Under the pieces are notes generated by a model. The model made no database searches and was not told the origin of the DNA. It saw only the letters and a program-made list of their open reading frames with translations. A DNA stretch of 64,000 nucleotides from Prorocentrum cordatum (taxonomy: Eukaryota). Both the position numbers and the translations under genes were made by a program. Below are positions 48,530 through 60,686 of the stretch, piece by piece. Position 1 is the stretch's first letter, and the number at the start of each line of letters is the position of its first letter. The stretch covers positions 558,001-622,000 of the forward strand of contig CAUYUJ010000126.1 of assembly GCA_963575745.1 (NCBI GenBank), in the 5' to 3' direction.

Positions 48530-49833
48530 TCCGCCGCCCCCTGTTGATTCATCACAGGGGTGCCTGGCGTGCTGAACCCTTTCGGTTTTGGTTTTGGTTC
48601 TTTTCCAAAAGAACTCCCCCTGGGGCTCCGGCGCGTCCCGCTGGGGTCCCGGGACGATCTTCAAGGAGCGCAATTCCCAAATGTTTCGCTCAAGATGGCC
48701 CAAGATGGCCTCCAAGATGGCCACGTTGGCCCAAGATGGCCTCCAAGATGGCCTCCAAGTCCGCCCAAGATGGTCCAAGACGACCTCCATGACGGCCCAA
48801 GAGAGTACAAGATACCTCCAAGTTCGCCCAGGGCCCGAAGAGGCCAAACTCATTGATTTCCTCAGGGTTTTGACAGATTTTGGCATTTGCTTCTTTTCGG
48901 CCTTCCGACGGCTCAAGACGGCCCAAGAGGCCCCCAAGATCGCCCCAAGATCGCCCACGAGGCCTCCAAGATGGCCCCATGACGGCCCAAGAGGCCCCCA
49001 AGACGGCCCCAAGAGGGCCCCAAGACGGGCCAAGAGGCCTCCAAGACGCCCAGGATGGCTTCCAAGACGGCCCCGAAGCGCCCCAAGAAGGCCCCAAGCC
49101 GGTTCAGAGAGGCCCCCAAGACCGCTCCCGACGGCGTCAGACGGGCCAGGAACCCACCAAGAAGGCCGAAGTTGGCTCGAAGCTGGCCCAAGATGGCCCA
49201 AGAGGCCTCCAAGAGGGCCTCCAGGAAGGCCGGAACAGGCAACCAAAAAAAACATATGTTCAATAGGTTTTTGGAAGATTTTGACATTTGCTTCTTTTTG
49301 GCCTTCCGACGGCCCGAGACGGCCCAAGAGCCCCCAAAGATCGCCCAAAGGTCGCCCAAGAGGCCTCCAAGGTGGCCCTAGAACGGCCCAAGAGGCCCCC
49401 AAGATGGCCTCCAAGACGGCCCTGGAGCATTCCAAGAGGGCCCCAGGTCGGCCCAGAGAGGCCCCTAAAACAGCTTCCGACGGCGTCAGACGGGCCAGGA
49501 GCCCACCAAGACGGCCGAAGATGGCCCTAAGATGACCCAAGACGGCCCAAGAGGCCTCCAAGAGGGCCTCCAGAAGGCCCGAAAAAGCCAAAATCAGTGA
49601 TTAGACGGCCCAAGAGCCCTCCAAGACGTCCTCCAAGAAGGCCTGAAAGGGTCAAAATGGCCTCCAGACGGCCAAGATGACCTTCAAGATGCCCACGTGC
49701 TCCCCGAAGGCTTTCCAAACCGATTCGGGGAACACATGGTCCGATAGCTTGGCAGGTCTGGCCTCCACGTTCGGCCACATAGGCGCTTCCAGAGAGGCAG
49801 GGGGCGGCGGTGATTCGCCGTGGGCGTCTTCGA
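48530..49833 (+). mobile_element. Non-autonomous Helitron2/Helentron-like element filled with CCAAGA repeats
   Basis: A|TCCGCCGCCCCCTG + 5' hairpin (CCCCTG..CAGGGG) + GGCGTG ... CAGGGGGCGGCGG TGATT CGCC-GTG-GGCG TCTTCGA|T. Confidence 0.75.
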
Positions 49834-51080
49834 TAGACAAGCGCGTCCCACTACTCGCAAGTGCCCACTCGCAAGTGGCCTGGATCCACCCCGGGGGATT
49901 GACTATCCCTGACATGGAGGCAAACCTGTTGTTTTTTCCTCTGACGCTTGCGAATCGGCAACTTGCGAAGAATGGAACGCGCTCGGTGAAGAGAGGTCGC
50001 CCTGGCACGTTCTGCCTGCCGCCAGGACACCACGGCCGCACCACGGCGGGGGGCGCTCGGCCTTCTTGCCGCCCTCGGTGGCCGCGGCGGCCGGCGCAGC
50101 GGCCTCTGCGCATCGGCGGCAAGGGGGGGAGGAGAGCTGGCAGGCGCCCCCAGAGTCGAATCGACGAGTCGGATCGGCGATCGAAGCCAATCGGAACGGC
50201 GGAGATCGGCGGCCGAGTCGGGAAAAGTCGATTCGGCGGAAGTCGGCGGTCCAGCAGGCCTCCATCAAGAAATCGGAGCCAAATCGGAACCCCAAGTCGA
50301 ATCGATTCGGAATCGGAAACCACCAAAAACGAATCGAGCACAAGTCGGAAGAATCGAAATGAGCCCTGAGCTGGCAGGAGGGCCAGCTCTGCTGGGCCAA
50401 TTTTCCACCACCATTGCTAGGTGAGGGAGGATAGGGGAGGTCCTCCTCCCCCTGTCCAGCCCAGAGCAGCGCGCGCCTTCCGCGTTTGATGATCTGGCTA
50501 CGTCAGCCAACAGGTGTTCCCCTGACGCTCAAGCGCCCTTTGGAATTGCCGAGTCTATCAAGGAGCTGGAGTCTGAGGCGAGCATCAGGAAGAGACTGAC
50601 CGCCATCATTTCCTGTATGCCTCCCTCGGTTGGACACGAGGAGAGGGCTTCAGCCCAGGGGACAGCCAGGCCGAAGCTCGACTTACCAGCGGCCCTCAGG
50701 GACACTGCGCACCTGCTGAGCGTCAAAGAGTTGTCGGGTCGTCGACATCGTCGTTGGCACTGTCGTACGCGCGGGTCGGAACCAGCCAGCAGGTGCTCCG
50801 CGAGCTCTGCGTTGCGAGCAGGGAAAAGTCGACTCAGAATCGGCGATACATCGCCGACTGATCGGCGGCGGCCCCCCCATGGCGAGGAGGAGGAGGAGGA
50901 GGAGGAGGAGACGGAGGAGGGGTAGGCTCAGTAATTGAATAGCTGCGCGAGCTCTGCGCTGCGCCCGGGCACTGTCGGCCCTGCTGCCCGCGCCCCTTTG
51001 GGGGGGCGGGGCCTCGCAGGCGGGGCGTCGCAGGCGCACGCCTCTCACGCTACGCTGTGGTGGGAGGCGGGGGGCGGGAG

Positions 51081-51248
51081 CTCACGATAAGGGCTTACAT
51101 GCGAACCCCACCCCTACCCCCCGCGATTTCTGAGGGGGAGGGTGGGGTTGACTTCGTTCGGGAGCTCCCGAGCGAAGTGATCCCCACCCTCCCCCTCAGA
51201 AATCGTGGGGGGTAGGGGTGGGGTTCGCATGTGGCCCCCTATCGTGAG
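51081..51248. repeat. 168-bp near-perfect palindrome (foldback MITE)
   Basis: Centre GGGAGCTCCC at ~51160; arms ACATGCGAACCCCACCCCTACCCCC / GGGGGTAGGGGTGGGGTTCGCATGT. Confidence 0.9.
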
Positions 51249-52370
51249 GCGCTGAGGTTCGCCTGCTCGAGGGGTGCGGGGGTCTGGGCACTGACCACGT
51301 CCGCACGACAGGCAAGCTGGTCAAGGATTGCGAGCACACCACACGTACGTGGCTCCAGTGTCTGGAGGCTCTGGAGAGGGGGCGTGCCCCAGGCCACACT
51401 GAACTGGCCAAGGAGGTAAACGTTCTCAGGTGATCGTGGTGGGAGTGCGAAGCGCAGAGGCTAATCTAAACCCAATTGTCCTCCGCATTCCCTTCCTCTT
51501 ACTGTTCCTCCTCCTCCTCCTCCTCATCCTCCTCCTCCTCCTCCCAAGGACACCTTTTAGTAAGGGCTCCTTAATAATGAATCCCTTAATAGAAAACCTG
51601 CAAAAAGATCAGTTTTGTATGCATCCCTTCAATAGCTTGCTCTGCCGGCCTCTCAGATCCCCTTCATGCTACCCCCCTCCTTGCAAAGACGGGGGGGGGG
51701 CTTCGGAAGTTACATACCCCTCCCTTTGGGAACGTCGAAAAGAAAATGGGGGATTTTCGGACGCCCCTCCCCTCCTCCATTTCCGACGCCGGGGTAAGCC
51801 TAGGCTGCCCTGTGCAAAGGGGGGTACTTCGGAAGCCACCCCGCTCCCCCTGCTGTAAAGGGGGGGCTTCAGATGTTAGACCCCCCCTTCTGAAGGCTTC
51901 CAGGGTGAGCCTGGGCCGCCCTTTCAAAGGGGTAGGAGATTTGGAAGCTACTCCCCTCCCCAATCCCTTCTCGCCTACACGCAAGATTGACCCTGGATAA
52001 GAGTCACCTTTGGTGCGCAGCTGAACACGAGGCGCGGGGTGGCAAAAACTTGGCGCGCAAGCCGCTGCTACCGCTTCACACTCAGCCATCTGGGAACCCG
52101 TCTGAGCCCGCACCAAAGGTCACTCCGGCGAAAGGTTACTCTTTCGTCTAGTCGACCTTTGCGAAGCCAGGGGGTGCTGGTCACGGAGGGGAGGGGCTTC
52201 CGAAACTATCCCCCTCTCCCCCCATTTTCAAGGCTGGTGGTAAGCCTGGGCCGACCTTGCAGGGGGGGCTTCGGAAGCTACCCCCCTTCCTTGTTGTGGA
52301 TCTGCGCGAAGTATCGTCGTCGTCGTCGTCGTTCTCGTCATCGTCGTCGTCGTCGTAGTCGTCGTCGTAG

Positions 52371-53317
52371 TCCGCCGACCCCTTGTGGGTCTCCAGGCGT
52401 GTGAGATTGTTTTCCCTCCCATAATCCCCCCCCAGGGACTCCAAACTGGGATTTTGACTCCCACCCTAGGCCCGGGACGGCCCCCCCGGACCGAACTCAC
52501 CCGGGGCGGTCTGGGCTCCCTGGGCTCGCTCTTGAGCTGTTCGACAGCACTTGACGCCTCCCAAGAAGCCGCCAAGACGGTCCACGAGAACCCAAAGTCG
52601 CCGAAAGATCGTTCCAAGACGCCCAGGATGAGCTCAAAACGGCCCAAGAGGCCGCCCAGACACCCCACGAAGCCTCCAAGAGGCCTCCCAAGAAGTCCCC
52701 GAGAATCCCAAATCTTGAAATTTCTTTTGGAAAACGTGCATGTTCAGCATATCCAACTTGTTAGCCTTCACGGCGTTGAAAGCCGTCCACGAGGCCCCAA
52801 CGAGGCCCCCAGGACCACCCCAAGACGGCCCACGAGGCTCCCAGGAGGCCCCAAAGACAACCCAAAACAACTCCAACGTGGCCCAAGAGGCGCCCTAGAC
52901 GGGCCAAAAAAACTCCAAAACGGCCCCAAGAACGGCCCAACAGAGGGACCACGAATCGCGAATTCCAGCGCTCCGCCCAACGAAGCTCTCCGGAGGACCC
53001 AAGAGGCCCCCAAGCGGCCCTAAGAGGCCCCCGTGAGGCACCCAAGAGGCCCCAAGGAGCCCCCAAGAGGCCCAAAAGAAGCCTTAGAACGGCCCCCAAG
53101 ACCCCCTCGGCGTGCAGCGGGAAGCCGTCTCCGAGCCGACCGGGGGCCGCCAGGGAACGGATCGGGACGAAGCGTGGGTCCCAGAAAATACGATAACAGC
53201 AACGAGGCAACAGAAACGATGTCGAGCGCCGTGTCAAGATTCGGACAAGCCTCGTGGAATGCAGTCCTGGCGGCGCAGTAGTCAATAGAGGGGTCGGCGG
53301 ATATGGCGTAAGCCTTA
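52371..53317 (+). mobile_element. Non-autonomous Helitron2/Helentron-like element
   Basis: TCCGCCGACCCCT + hairpin GACCC-CTTGT-GGGTC + GGCGTG ... AGGGGTCGGCGGA (perfect 13-bp IR) TAT GGC-GTAA-GCC TTA|T. Confidence 0.75.
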
Positions 53318-53508
53318 TCCTCGCGTCGTGATGACGCGCGCTCATTCAGCAAGCATGGCGCATGTTGGTGAGTTTCCGATTGGTGCAGTCTCCCCCGCCT
53401 CACAAAAGACGTTCCCGCACGCCCTCGCGTCACAGTCGTGCTGCGCTCCGTCTGCTCTTCTCTCCTCTCGTGGACTGCAGGCGCATGTTGTTTGGCTCGC
53501 CGCTCTGC

Positions 53509-54490
53509 GCGCTGCCACGTGACGAGTAGATCAGTGCGTTTCCGCTCCCTGCGTTGCCACGTTGCGAGTAGTAGAATGGCGTGTATCGCTCACCGCCCAG
53601 GCGTTGCCACTTGATGGGTAAGCAAAACGACATGCGGCTTCGCCGTCTGCCTTGCCACCTGACGAAGGTAAGCTTGCACGTGTTCCGTATCACTGCGTCG
53701 ACACGTAGCGATTACAATATAAGCCTGTTCCAAACGATTCACGGAGGGTTATTCGAATGTCTCATGTAATGATCTCAAAGATTCTGGATCATTCTGGCAG
53801 GCCACCTGACTCCTGCGTGGGCGTGGCCATGTGATGGGTAGAGCGACATGGAATGTGCAACGTGATTATGACCACCTGCGCTGCCACCTGACAAGAAAAG
53901 TATAAACTAATATGACTTCCGACCAGTGTTGCCACGCGGGGAAAATTCGCCGGCCCAACGGGCCAGAGGCGTGCTAAGATCTCCGGTAACTGGTTAACAA
54001 TATTTCTAGTTCGCGCGCGCGGGGCGGCCCCTGAGGGTCCCCGGGCGACAAATACCCCGGGCAAGTCCCGGGAGGTCCCCGGGAGGATCCCGGCAAGGTC
54101 GGGCCAGAGATGCCAGACAGGGCAATATTTGGACACCCCTCACGAGGATCGTGGCCTCCGAGGGGGGGGCCGCAATCGACTACCCCCCCTCCCGCCCCAA
54201 GAGGTCCCCAAGAGGCCCCCAAGATGCCCTGGGGGCCCCCAAGACGCCGCCAAGGAGCCCCAAGAGACTCCCAAGAGGTCCCCAAGAGGCCCTAAAGAGG
54301 GCTCCAGGGCCGGCGGAATGAGCGAAGCGATTAAATCATGGTATACCCTTCGACTCGGTCTATGAGGCGCAGACATGTGACGAGTACAAGAGAATAGTGT
54401 GCGTTCTGGCTTCAGGCGTTGCCACGCGGCTCGAACACCAGGAAAGTGTTGCGTCGCGTTTCCGCCGCGGCATTGCCGAGCGGCGAGTAG
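53509..54490. repeat. Degenerate ~48-bp-period array with conserved core GCGTTGCCACGTGACGAGTA
   Basis: Cores at 53509, 53551, 53601, 53649, 53695, 53821, 53878, 53926, 54367, 54416 and 54470; interrupted by the 53946-54335 element. Confidence 0.7.
53946..54335 (+). mobile_element. Short non-autonomous Helitron2/Helentron-like element
   Basis: A|TTCGCCGGCCC + hairpin GGCCC-AAC-GGGCC + GGCGTG ... GGGCCGGCGG AATGA GCGAAGC GATTAAA|T; its removal restores the period of the host array. Confidence 0.75.
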
Positions 54491-55716
54491 AATAGACTTT
54501 GTGCTGCTTCGGGCGGGAGGATTCTAGGGGAGTGCGGGGAGCCTGCGTGGAGCGGCAACGGGGGAGGGGGGCGTCCGAACCCTTACTTTCGTAAGCGATC
54601 GTTCGTGAGGTCCCTGTCGGGAGAAATCCTGCGTGAGGATTCGTCGGGACTCTTGGTAAGGATCCCTCTGTCAAGGAGTCAGTATTCGGGATGCCTCAGT
54701 AAGCAGTCCTTAGGAAGGATCCCTTTAGTGAGGAGTCCTCTTTGAGCTTGCCTTGAGTAAGAAATACTTGCCAAGGATACCTTTAGTACGGCTCCTTCGT
54801 AAGGATGTCGTCCGTAAGGGATCCGTAAGAAAGGGTTCTTAAGTAAGGAGTCCCGAGTAATGCTCTTTTATTAAGGACCTCTTCAGTAAAGAGGTCTTGG
54901 CAAGTATACCTGTGGCCTGGGGCCCTTAGCAAAGGGTCCTGGTGTACGGAGTCCTGAGTACGGATTCCTTGTTTGTTGGATAGGAGCCCTAAGAACGGAT
55001 GCCTCTGGTACGGAGTCCTTAAAAAGAACTACTTACTTTAATAAGGAACCTTTAGTAAGGATGATGTAGCAATGAGTCCGCCAGTAAGGATACCTGTAGA
55101 ACAGATTCCTCAAACAAATGTTTCAGTATGGAGTCCCTTGCGCAGGATCGGCCTGACCAGGATCAGCTGGGTGGTCAATGTTGACTCGGGGCGTCTACGA
55201 AGCGGGCAGTCGCACATCATGGGCCGAGGCATGTGCGAGGACGAGGGGGGGGGGCCCAGGGCACGTATGGACAAAGGAGGAGCGGGTCATGACACCCGGG
55301 GAGATCTCGTCGCCCTGACCATATCCACCCCCCCGAGTCATCACCCCCTCTCTTGCCCCGGCGCACGCTGACGTGGATTTTGAGGAGCTGTGGATCCGGC
55401 GCGCGGGCGCCAGATCCACGGACCGAAACGCGAGGCTGGTGCCACCTGGTTTGACGACGGAGCGCGGCGTCTCTGCACGGAAACGAGACCCGTCGCGAGT
55501 CCACGCGCCTGTCAGTCAGTGTGTGCGCTTCCTCGACGTCTGGCAGCCCCAGGAGGGCATGTCTTATCCGCGGCTATCACGGGCGTTCTGGGGGGGGAGA
55601 CGGGGGTGGGCGGGGAGGGGGGGCATGACGTAGCGCCCCCGCCCCCCATCGTGACAGACTGCGGTACTGGACGCGCTGCGGCAGTGCTGGGGACGCACTT
55701 TGGCGGCGCGCAAAAG

Positions 55717-55855
55717 GGGGTAGGGGGAGGGGGGAAGGCTTCTTAGAAGCACCCTGCTTCTTAGAAGGCCTCGGCCTTATGTCTATAGAGAAGGCCCGCG
55801 CCTTCTAAGAAGCAGGGGTGCTTCTACGAAGCCTTCCCCCCTCCCCCTACCCCCC
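55717..55855. repeat. Palindromic TTCTTAGAAG foldback element
   Basis: GGGGAAGGCTTCTTAGAAGCACCCTGCTTCTTAGAAGG ... CCTTCTAAGAAGCAGGGGTGCTTCTACGAAGCCTTCCCC; related copies at ~26055-26200 and ~20110-20300. Confidence 0.8.
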
Positions 55856-55986
55856 TCAGCGCGTTGCCGAGCACTTGGGGGAAGAGCTTTACGTTATGGG
55901 AAAAGGGGGGGCATAACGCGCGTGATGGCCCCGAGGGTTCAAAAAAATCTCCAGACTGATGCCCCAGACATACCCTGTCTTTACAT

Positions 55987-56158
55987 TCGGCGGTGGACAA
56001 ACCTCCCTTTAGTAAACCTCCCCTTAGTGAAAACGGCCTGGGACCGAAACCGACGGACCTGGACCCGCAAAAATGACGGCCGCGACGCCCTCTCGCGAAC
56101 AGAAAACGGCAAATTCCTGAATCGACGTGTCAGGGTAGGAGGTCTATCCACCTCCGAT
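55987..56158. mobile_element. MITE family F copy
   Basis: TCGGCGGTGGACAAACCTCC ... GGAGGTCTATCCACCTCCGA. Confidence 0.8.
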
Positions 56159-56689
56159 ACATGTTCAACGCACGGTCCCCACAAGTCCCGACCCTGTCCC
56201 CAGGGCCGGCTTTCATCCCGAGTCGGTGTTTGAGGGCCCCCAGAGGCAGAACACTGCCAAAACCCTTCCGTCGTGACTTCTGTAACGACGCGAGCACGCC
56301 TGGCTCCCTCCCCGAACCACAGCCCCCCAATCGCCCACCTGCCCAAACGGCCCCCATGAGGGACAGCGAACGACAGGGGGGGGGGCTGGCACAGGGGGGG
56401 TTGCATCGACCTGGAATCGGCCATGCATCGCCGAGAGATCGGCGACGGGCCCCCGATAGCGAAGCCGCGCCTTCCTGGGCCGGGGCGGGGCTATCAGAAC
56501 CCCTTCGGCGATCAATGGTCGATTGGGGGCCAATTCCCCCCCCCCATGTGCCCCTCCCCCAAATGGCTGCCCCTTGGCTGTGGGCTCACAACTCAGCTCC
56601 CCCTGCGGCCGTCTGGAACGAGCTGGGCACCCCCCCGGAACGCCCTCGGCGAGGTCCCCCCGGCGCCCGTCCCCCCCCCCCTGCCGCTA

Positions 56690-56864
56690 CAGACGGGGCG
56701 TTGACCTAAGGAACCCTAAATAAGGAACGAGGCCCCTTTTTTCCACAAGTTAAACTGCGATGTCCGATCGAAAACATAAGGAAAACCTGAGGCAAGCTGT
56801 GAAACACTTAGGAACACGGAGCCCCTCCCCAACGAAAAGGGTTCCTTCTTCAGGGCCCCGACTG
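56690..56864. mobile_element. MITE family A copy
   Basis: TA|CAGACGGGGC ... GCCCCGACTG|TA. Confidence 0.85.
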
Positions 56865-56883
56865 TACCCCAGATCCCTGTGGC

Positions 56884-57000
56884 CTGCTGAGCCGCGGCCT
56901 CCTCTGCCGCCACGGCCTCCTCCGCCGCCTGCCTCGCGGCCGCCCTCCTCGCGGCCCTCTCGGCGGCCGCCTCCTGCGCGCGCTGCGGCGCCGGCATTCC
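56884..57000 (-). CDS. Putative single exon (39 codons) of an intron-rich host gene; Ala/Glu/Arg-rich helix
   Basis: cag|GGA ... CAG|gc boundaries, high GC3, GMPAPQRAQEAAAERAARRAAARQAAEEAVAAEEAAAQQ. Confidence 0.45.
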
Positions 57001-57621
57001 CTGCCCGACACGAAGGCGAGCGGAGAGAGGTATAGTGGAGGCCCTCCCAGAGTGCGGCGGGTCGGGGACCCACTGGCCCGGGCCAACGCAAACCAGGGTC
57101 AATCAGGCTTTGCAAGATCCTGCACCCAAACCCGGGTCAAGGCAACCCTGGCTCGGCAGGGTCCTGCAAGATCCAGCGCTCTGACTGACTCCCGTTTGCA
57201 TGGACCCCCCTCTCTTAGCCCCGATTCGAAAGCGGCGGGGCCTCTAAGAAGCCATCTGGCCTTCTGAGAAATGCTCTGCGCCTTCGGGCAACCAGAGAGC
57301 TTCCCAGGAAGGGCAGAGGACGTCCGAGCCTTCTGAGCAGGCCCCGCTCCCTCTCGCTCCCCCCCATGGGCGCACCGCCGAAATACGCGCGGAGCGAGGG
57401 AGGAGCGGAGCTCCGGAAGGCAGCACACGGCCCTGAGATCCGAGGTCTTGGTCGGAGGGCGGCCAACTGTATACACCTCTCGGGGGGGGGTGGGAGGTGT
57501 CCCTGGCCCAAGGTGCCCCCCGCGTGTCGCTCCCTGTTGGCGAGCCCCTGGGGCCCCCTGGGCTCTGGGCCTCCTGGAGACGTGCTCTGGAGGCCGCGGA
57601 GGCCTCCTCGGGAACCCTGGG

Positions 57622-57855
57622 GGAGGAGGAGGAGGAGGAGGAGGAGGTGGAGGAGGAGGAGGAGGAGGTGGAGGAGGAGGAGGAGGAGGAGGAGGAGGAG
57701 GAGGAGGAGGAGGAGGAGGAGGAGGAGGAGGAGGAGGAGGAGGAGGAGGAGGAAGAGGCGGAGGAGGAAGAGAAGGAGGAGGAGGAGGAGGAGGAGGAGA
57801 AGGAGGCGGAGGAGGAGGAGGAGGAGGCGGAGGAGGAGCAGGAGGAGGCGGAGGA
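57622..57855. repeat. (GAG)n microsatellite
   Basis: Directly visible. Confidence 0.95.
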
Positions 57856-59546
57856 GGGCACTCCTGACAGCACCCGAGCCCCTGCTGCGCCAGGGCCCCG
57901 CGAGGGGCCAGCCCCGGGCCCAGGATCGGCCACGGGTGCCTCCCGCGGAGGGCCGGGAGAGGGCGGCTCTGCCCCTGTCTGGGCCCCGAGAGGGGGTCGA
58001 GGCCGGGATCGGTGCGCACGGGGCGCGCCGGGGCACGCCAGTGCTGTGCAGCCTCCTCGGAGGCGCGCAGCCCGCCAAAACATGTTTGATCCGCGGGTCG
58101 AGAGCGCACCTCTGCCGGTCGAAGCTAAGCGGGCCGCGCGAAGTTTGAATCAGGCAGAGAAGAGGAGGGAGGGAGCGGCGGAGCCTCAGAGCGAGGCCGA
58201 GAGGAGGCAGACATCCGAACCAAACATACAGCATCACCATCCTGTAGTACGTCGCTTCCCGAGCGCTGCGGGCCAGAAAGCGCCCGCGCCCTACGGCCAG
58301 AAAGCGCCAGCCACGACGCGCATACTGCGGTTTCTCGGCGAGCGCGTCGCCCCTGTGGGGGGGGGGGGGGGGCGACGCGCACACAGCATCAGCATTTTGG
58401 GGCGACGCCGAGTGCAGTCGTGCGTGTGGCGCCGTCAGACCAGACTGGTTCTGCTCGATATGCGGGGTCCACCCACGAGGTCCAGGCCCTCCTCAGGGGC
58501 AGCATGTCACCGCATGTCACCCCGAGCCGTTCCTGGGCGGCCCTGGTGCCGGGCGAAGGACCCCATCTAGTCGGACGACAAGGGAGAGCAGTTAATAGAG
58601 GAAGAAGAAGAACAAGAAGAAGAAGAAGAAGAAACAAAAACTGCAGAAAACATAAACGTTTGGCGCTCCGCGCGGATGTCTGGGATCCGCACTGGACCCC
58701 CCTCCTTGGCGCGCGGGACACGTGCGCGGACCAGGGGGGGGGGGGCCTGGGCTGGGGTCGTGCTGGCAGAAGAAGAGGCCATAAAATCTGGGGAGGCAAA
58801 ATTGCTGCACCAGCGGTCGGACTACACACACACACACACACCCTGAGATCCAACGTCGCGAACAAACGCCTTGATGAGAAATCACGACCAGAACCCTGGG
58901 CCAGATCTGTCTGTGGCACTTCTCAAGCTGGATCGACCTTTGAGTGAGGGTCCCAGGGCCCGAAGCCGGGCGAGAACGCCCGGGGTGAAAACATCGCAGC
59001 GCCCAGATCTCAGAGCTCAAACATTTAATCCTTGGCCCCATCGGCGCACCCCCGACCCAGGGGAGCGGATATCTCTGGGCACGCCAGGGGCTCGCCAGAG
59101 AGGCATGCCGGCCTCGGACGCCCCGCGAGCTGAGCTGCCCAGGCCCGCCGTCGCAGCCCTCGGCACGGATCGGCCCTCGAGAGCCCTCGACCCCGCCCCT
59201 CCAGCATGGGGCAAACGGGTCCTCAGGGAAGCGGGTCATGGACCACGGGGCAGGCCCCCGCAGCCCGAGGAGGGCCACGGAGGGCCAGAAACGGAGAGAA
59301 ACCTTAGGACCCGTCTACCTCAGGACTACCAGCTGGGTCGAGCCCGGGGCGGGCCCCGGGCCCGGCACCAGGGCGAAGACGCGATGGCCATGTCGGCCCG
59401 CGGAATGTCCCGGCGGGGCCCGAGGCAGGCCAAATGCAGCGGACGTCCAGAGGGTCCCAGCAAGCCTGAGGGGGTCCATCACTCCATCCCTCTGTCCTCC
59501 AAGTCCTCCCCATTCCCCTTCCCTCTCCCCCTCCTCCTCCTTCTCC

Positions 59547-59646
59547 NNNNNNNNNNNNNNNNNNNNNNNNNNNNNNNNNNNNNNNNNNNNNNNNNNNNNN
59601 NNNNNNNNNNNNNNNNNNNNNNNNNNNNNNNNNNNNNNNNNNNNNN
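59547..59646. other. Assembly gap (~100 N) inside a CCT tract
   Basis: Run of N. Confidence 0.98.
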
Positions 59647-60521
59647 TCCTCCTCCTCCGCCTCCTCGATCCTCCTCCTCCGCCTCCTCCTCCTCCGCCTC
59701 CTCGATCCTCTTCCTCCTCCTCGCCGCGTGGCTCGGCCAACCTTGAGCGATTGCGGCTTCCCGATGGCGCAGATCGCTCGACATCGGCAGATTCAGGGCC
59801 ACCGTGGCGCTCCACCCGGAGCGCCCACGCTGGGGCCGCCGCCGCGTCGACGCAGCGAGCGCCCACCCGGTGCAGGAGGGCCCTGACGGCTCCTCGGGGT
59901 CTGCCACGGGTGGGGAAGGGGGGGAACTCGGAGGCGGGAGGGCTCTCCTGCAGTATGGTTGCGGGGGGGGGCGGGGCCTTCCTGAGTAAGGCCGTTCCAC
60001 CCCTCGCCCCTATCGCCCTGTCGCCCCCCTCCTTCTGCAGCAAGTCGTGAGGGCCTCCCATGCAATCTTGCGGGCGCCTGCGAATCGACCCTAAGCGACG
60101 GCAATCGACGCGGATCGACGTCAAATCCACGCTGCATTGGCGCTAATCGACGCCAGATCGGCGCTCTCTCACCGATTACCAGACGCTAGCGCACGCTAGT
60201 GCACGCTAGAGAAGGGATTACGAGGACATACCAGGATCCCATGAGCTGCAACCGATGAGCATCGTCGAACCGGTCCGTATCCCCACTGGCGTGGCCAGCC
60301 TGGGCCCCACTGGCCGATTTACCCCCCTAGATAGGGGATATAGGCTGTTACCTTCGGGTTTCGAGGGGCCTGACCCCAACTGGGGTGGGATGGTGGGGCT
60401 GAGATGCCGCGGCTCGGTGAGGATGAGACGGCTCAACGATACCGAACCGAGCCCCCCCCCGTGCTCGCCGCCAGGCTGGTCCTCCTTCCTCTGCGGGCCG
60501 TCGAAGTCGGACAGGCGGAAC

Positions 60522-60686
60522 CTGGGGGAACCGCAAGGTACCGATGCCGCTGCTCCTCGGATCTCTCCCGGGGTGCGTTCTGACCAGGATCTAGAGGCGA
60601 ATCCATCGGTGGCGACGAGGGCCTCCCAGGAGGCCCAGAAGGGGCAGAACGGCCAAAGGGTAGCGGTATGGGTACCTATTCCTCTC
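60522..60686 (-). mobile_element. AGGTACC-TIR element, best introner candidate (165 nt, GA..AG)
   Basis: Minus strand CCCAG|GAGAGGAATAGGTACCC ... GGTACCTTGCGGTTCCCCCAG|G; removal gives LGLESAPRFRLSDFDGPQRKE. Confidence 0.75.

Noticed and set aside
48527..49591. ORFs of 200-350 aa over CCAAGA blocks (also 3302-4677 and 52385-53023)
   Set aside because: Repeat-derived; open in several frames on both strands.
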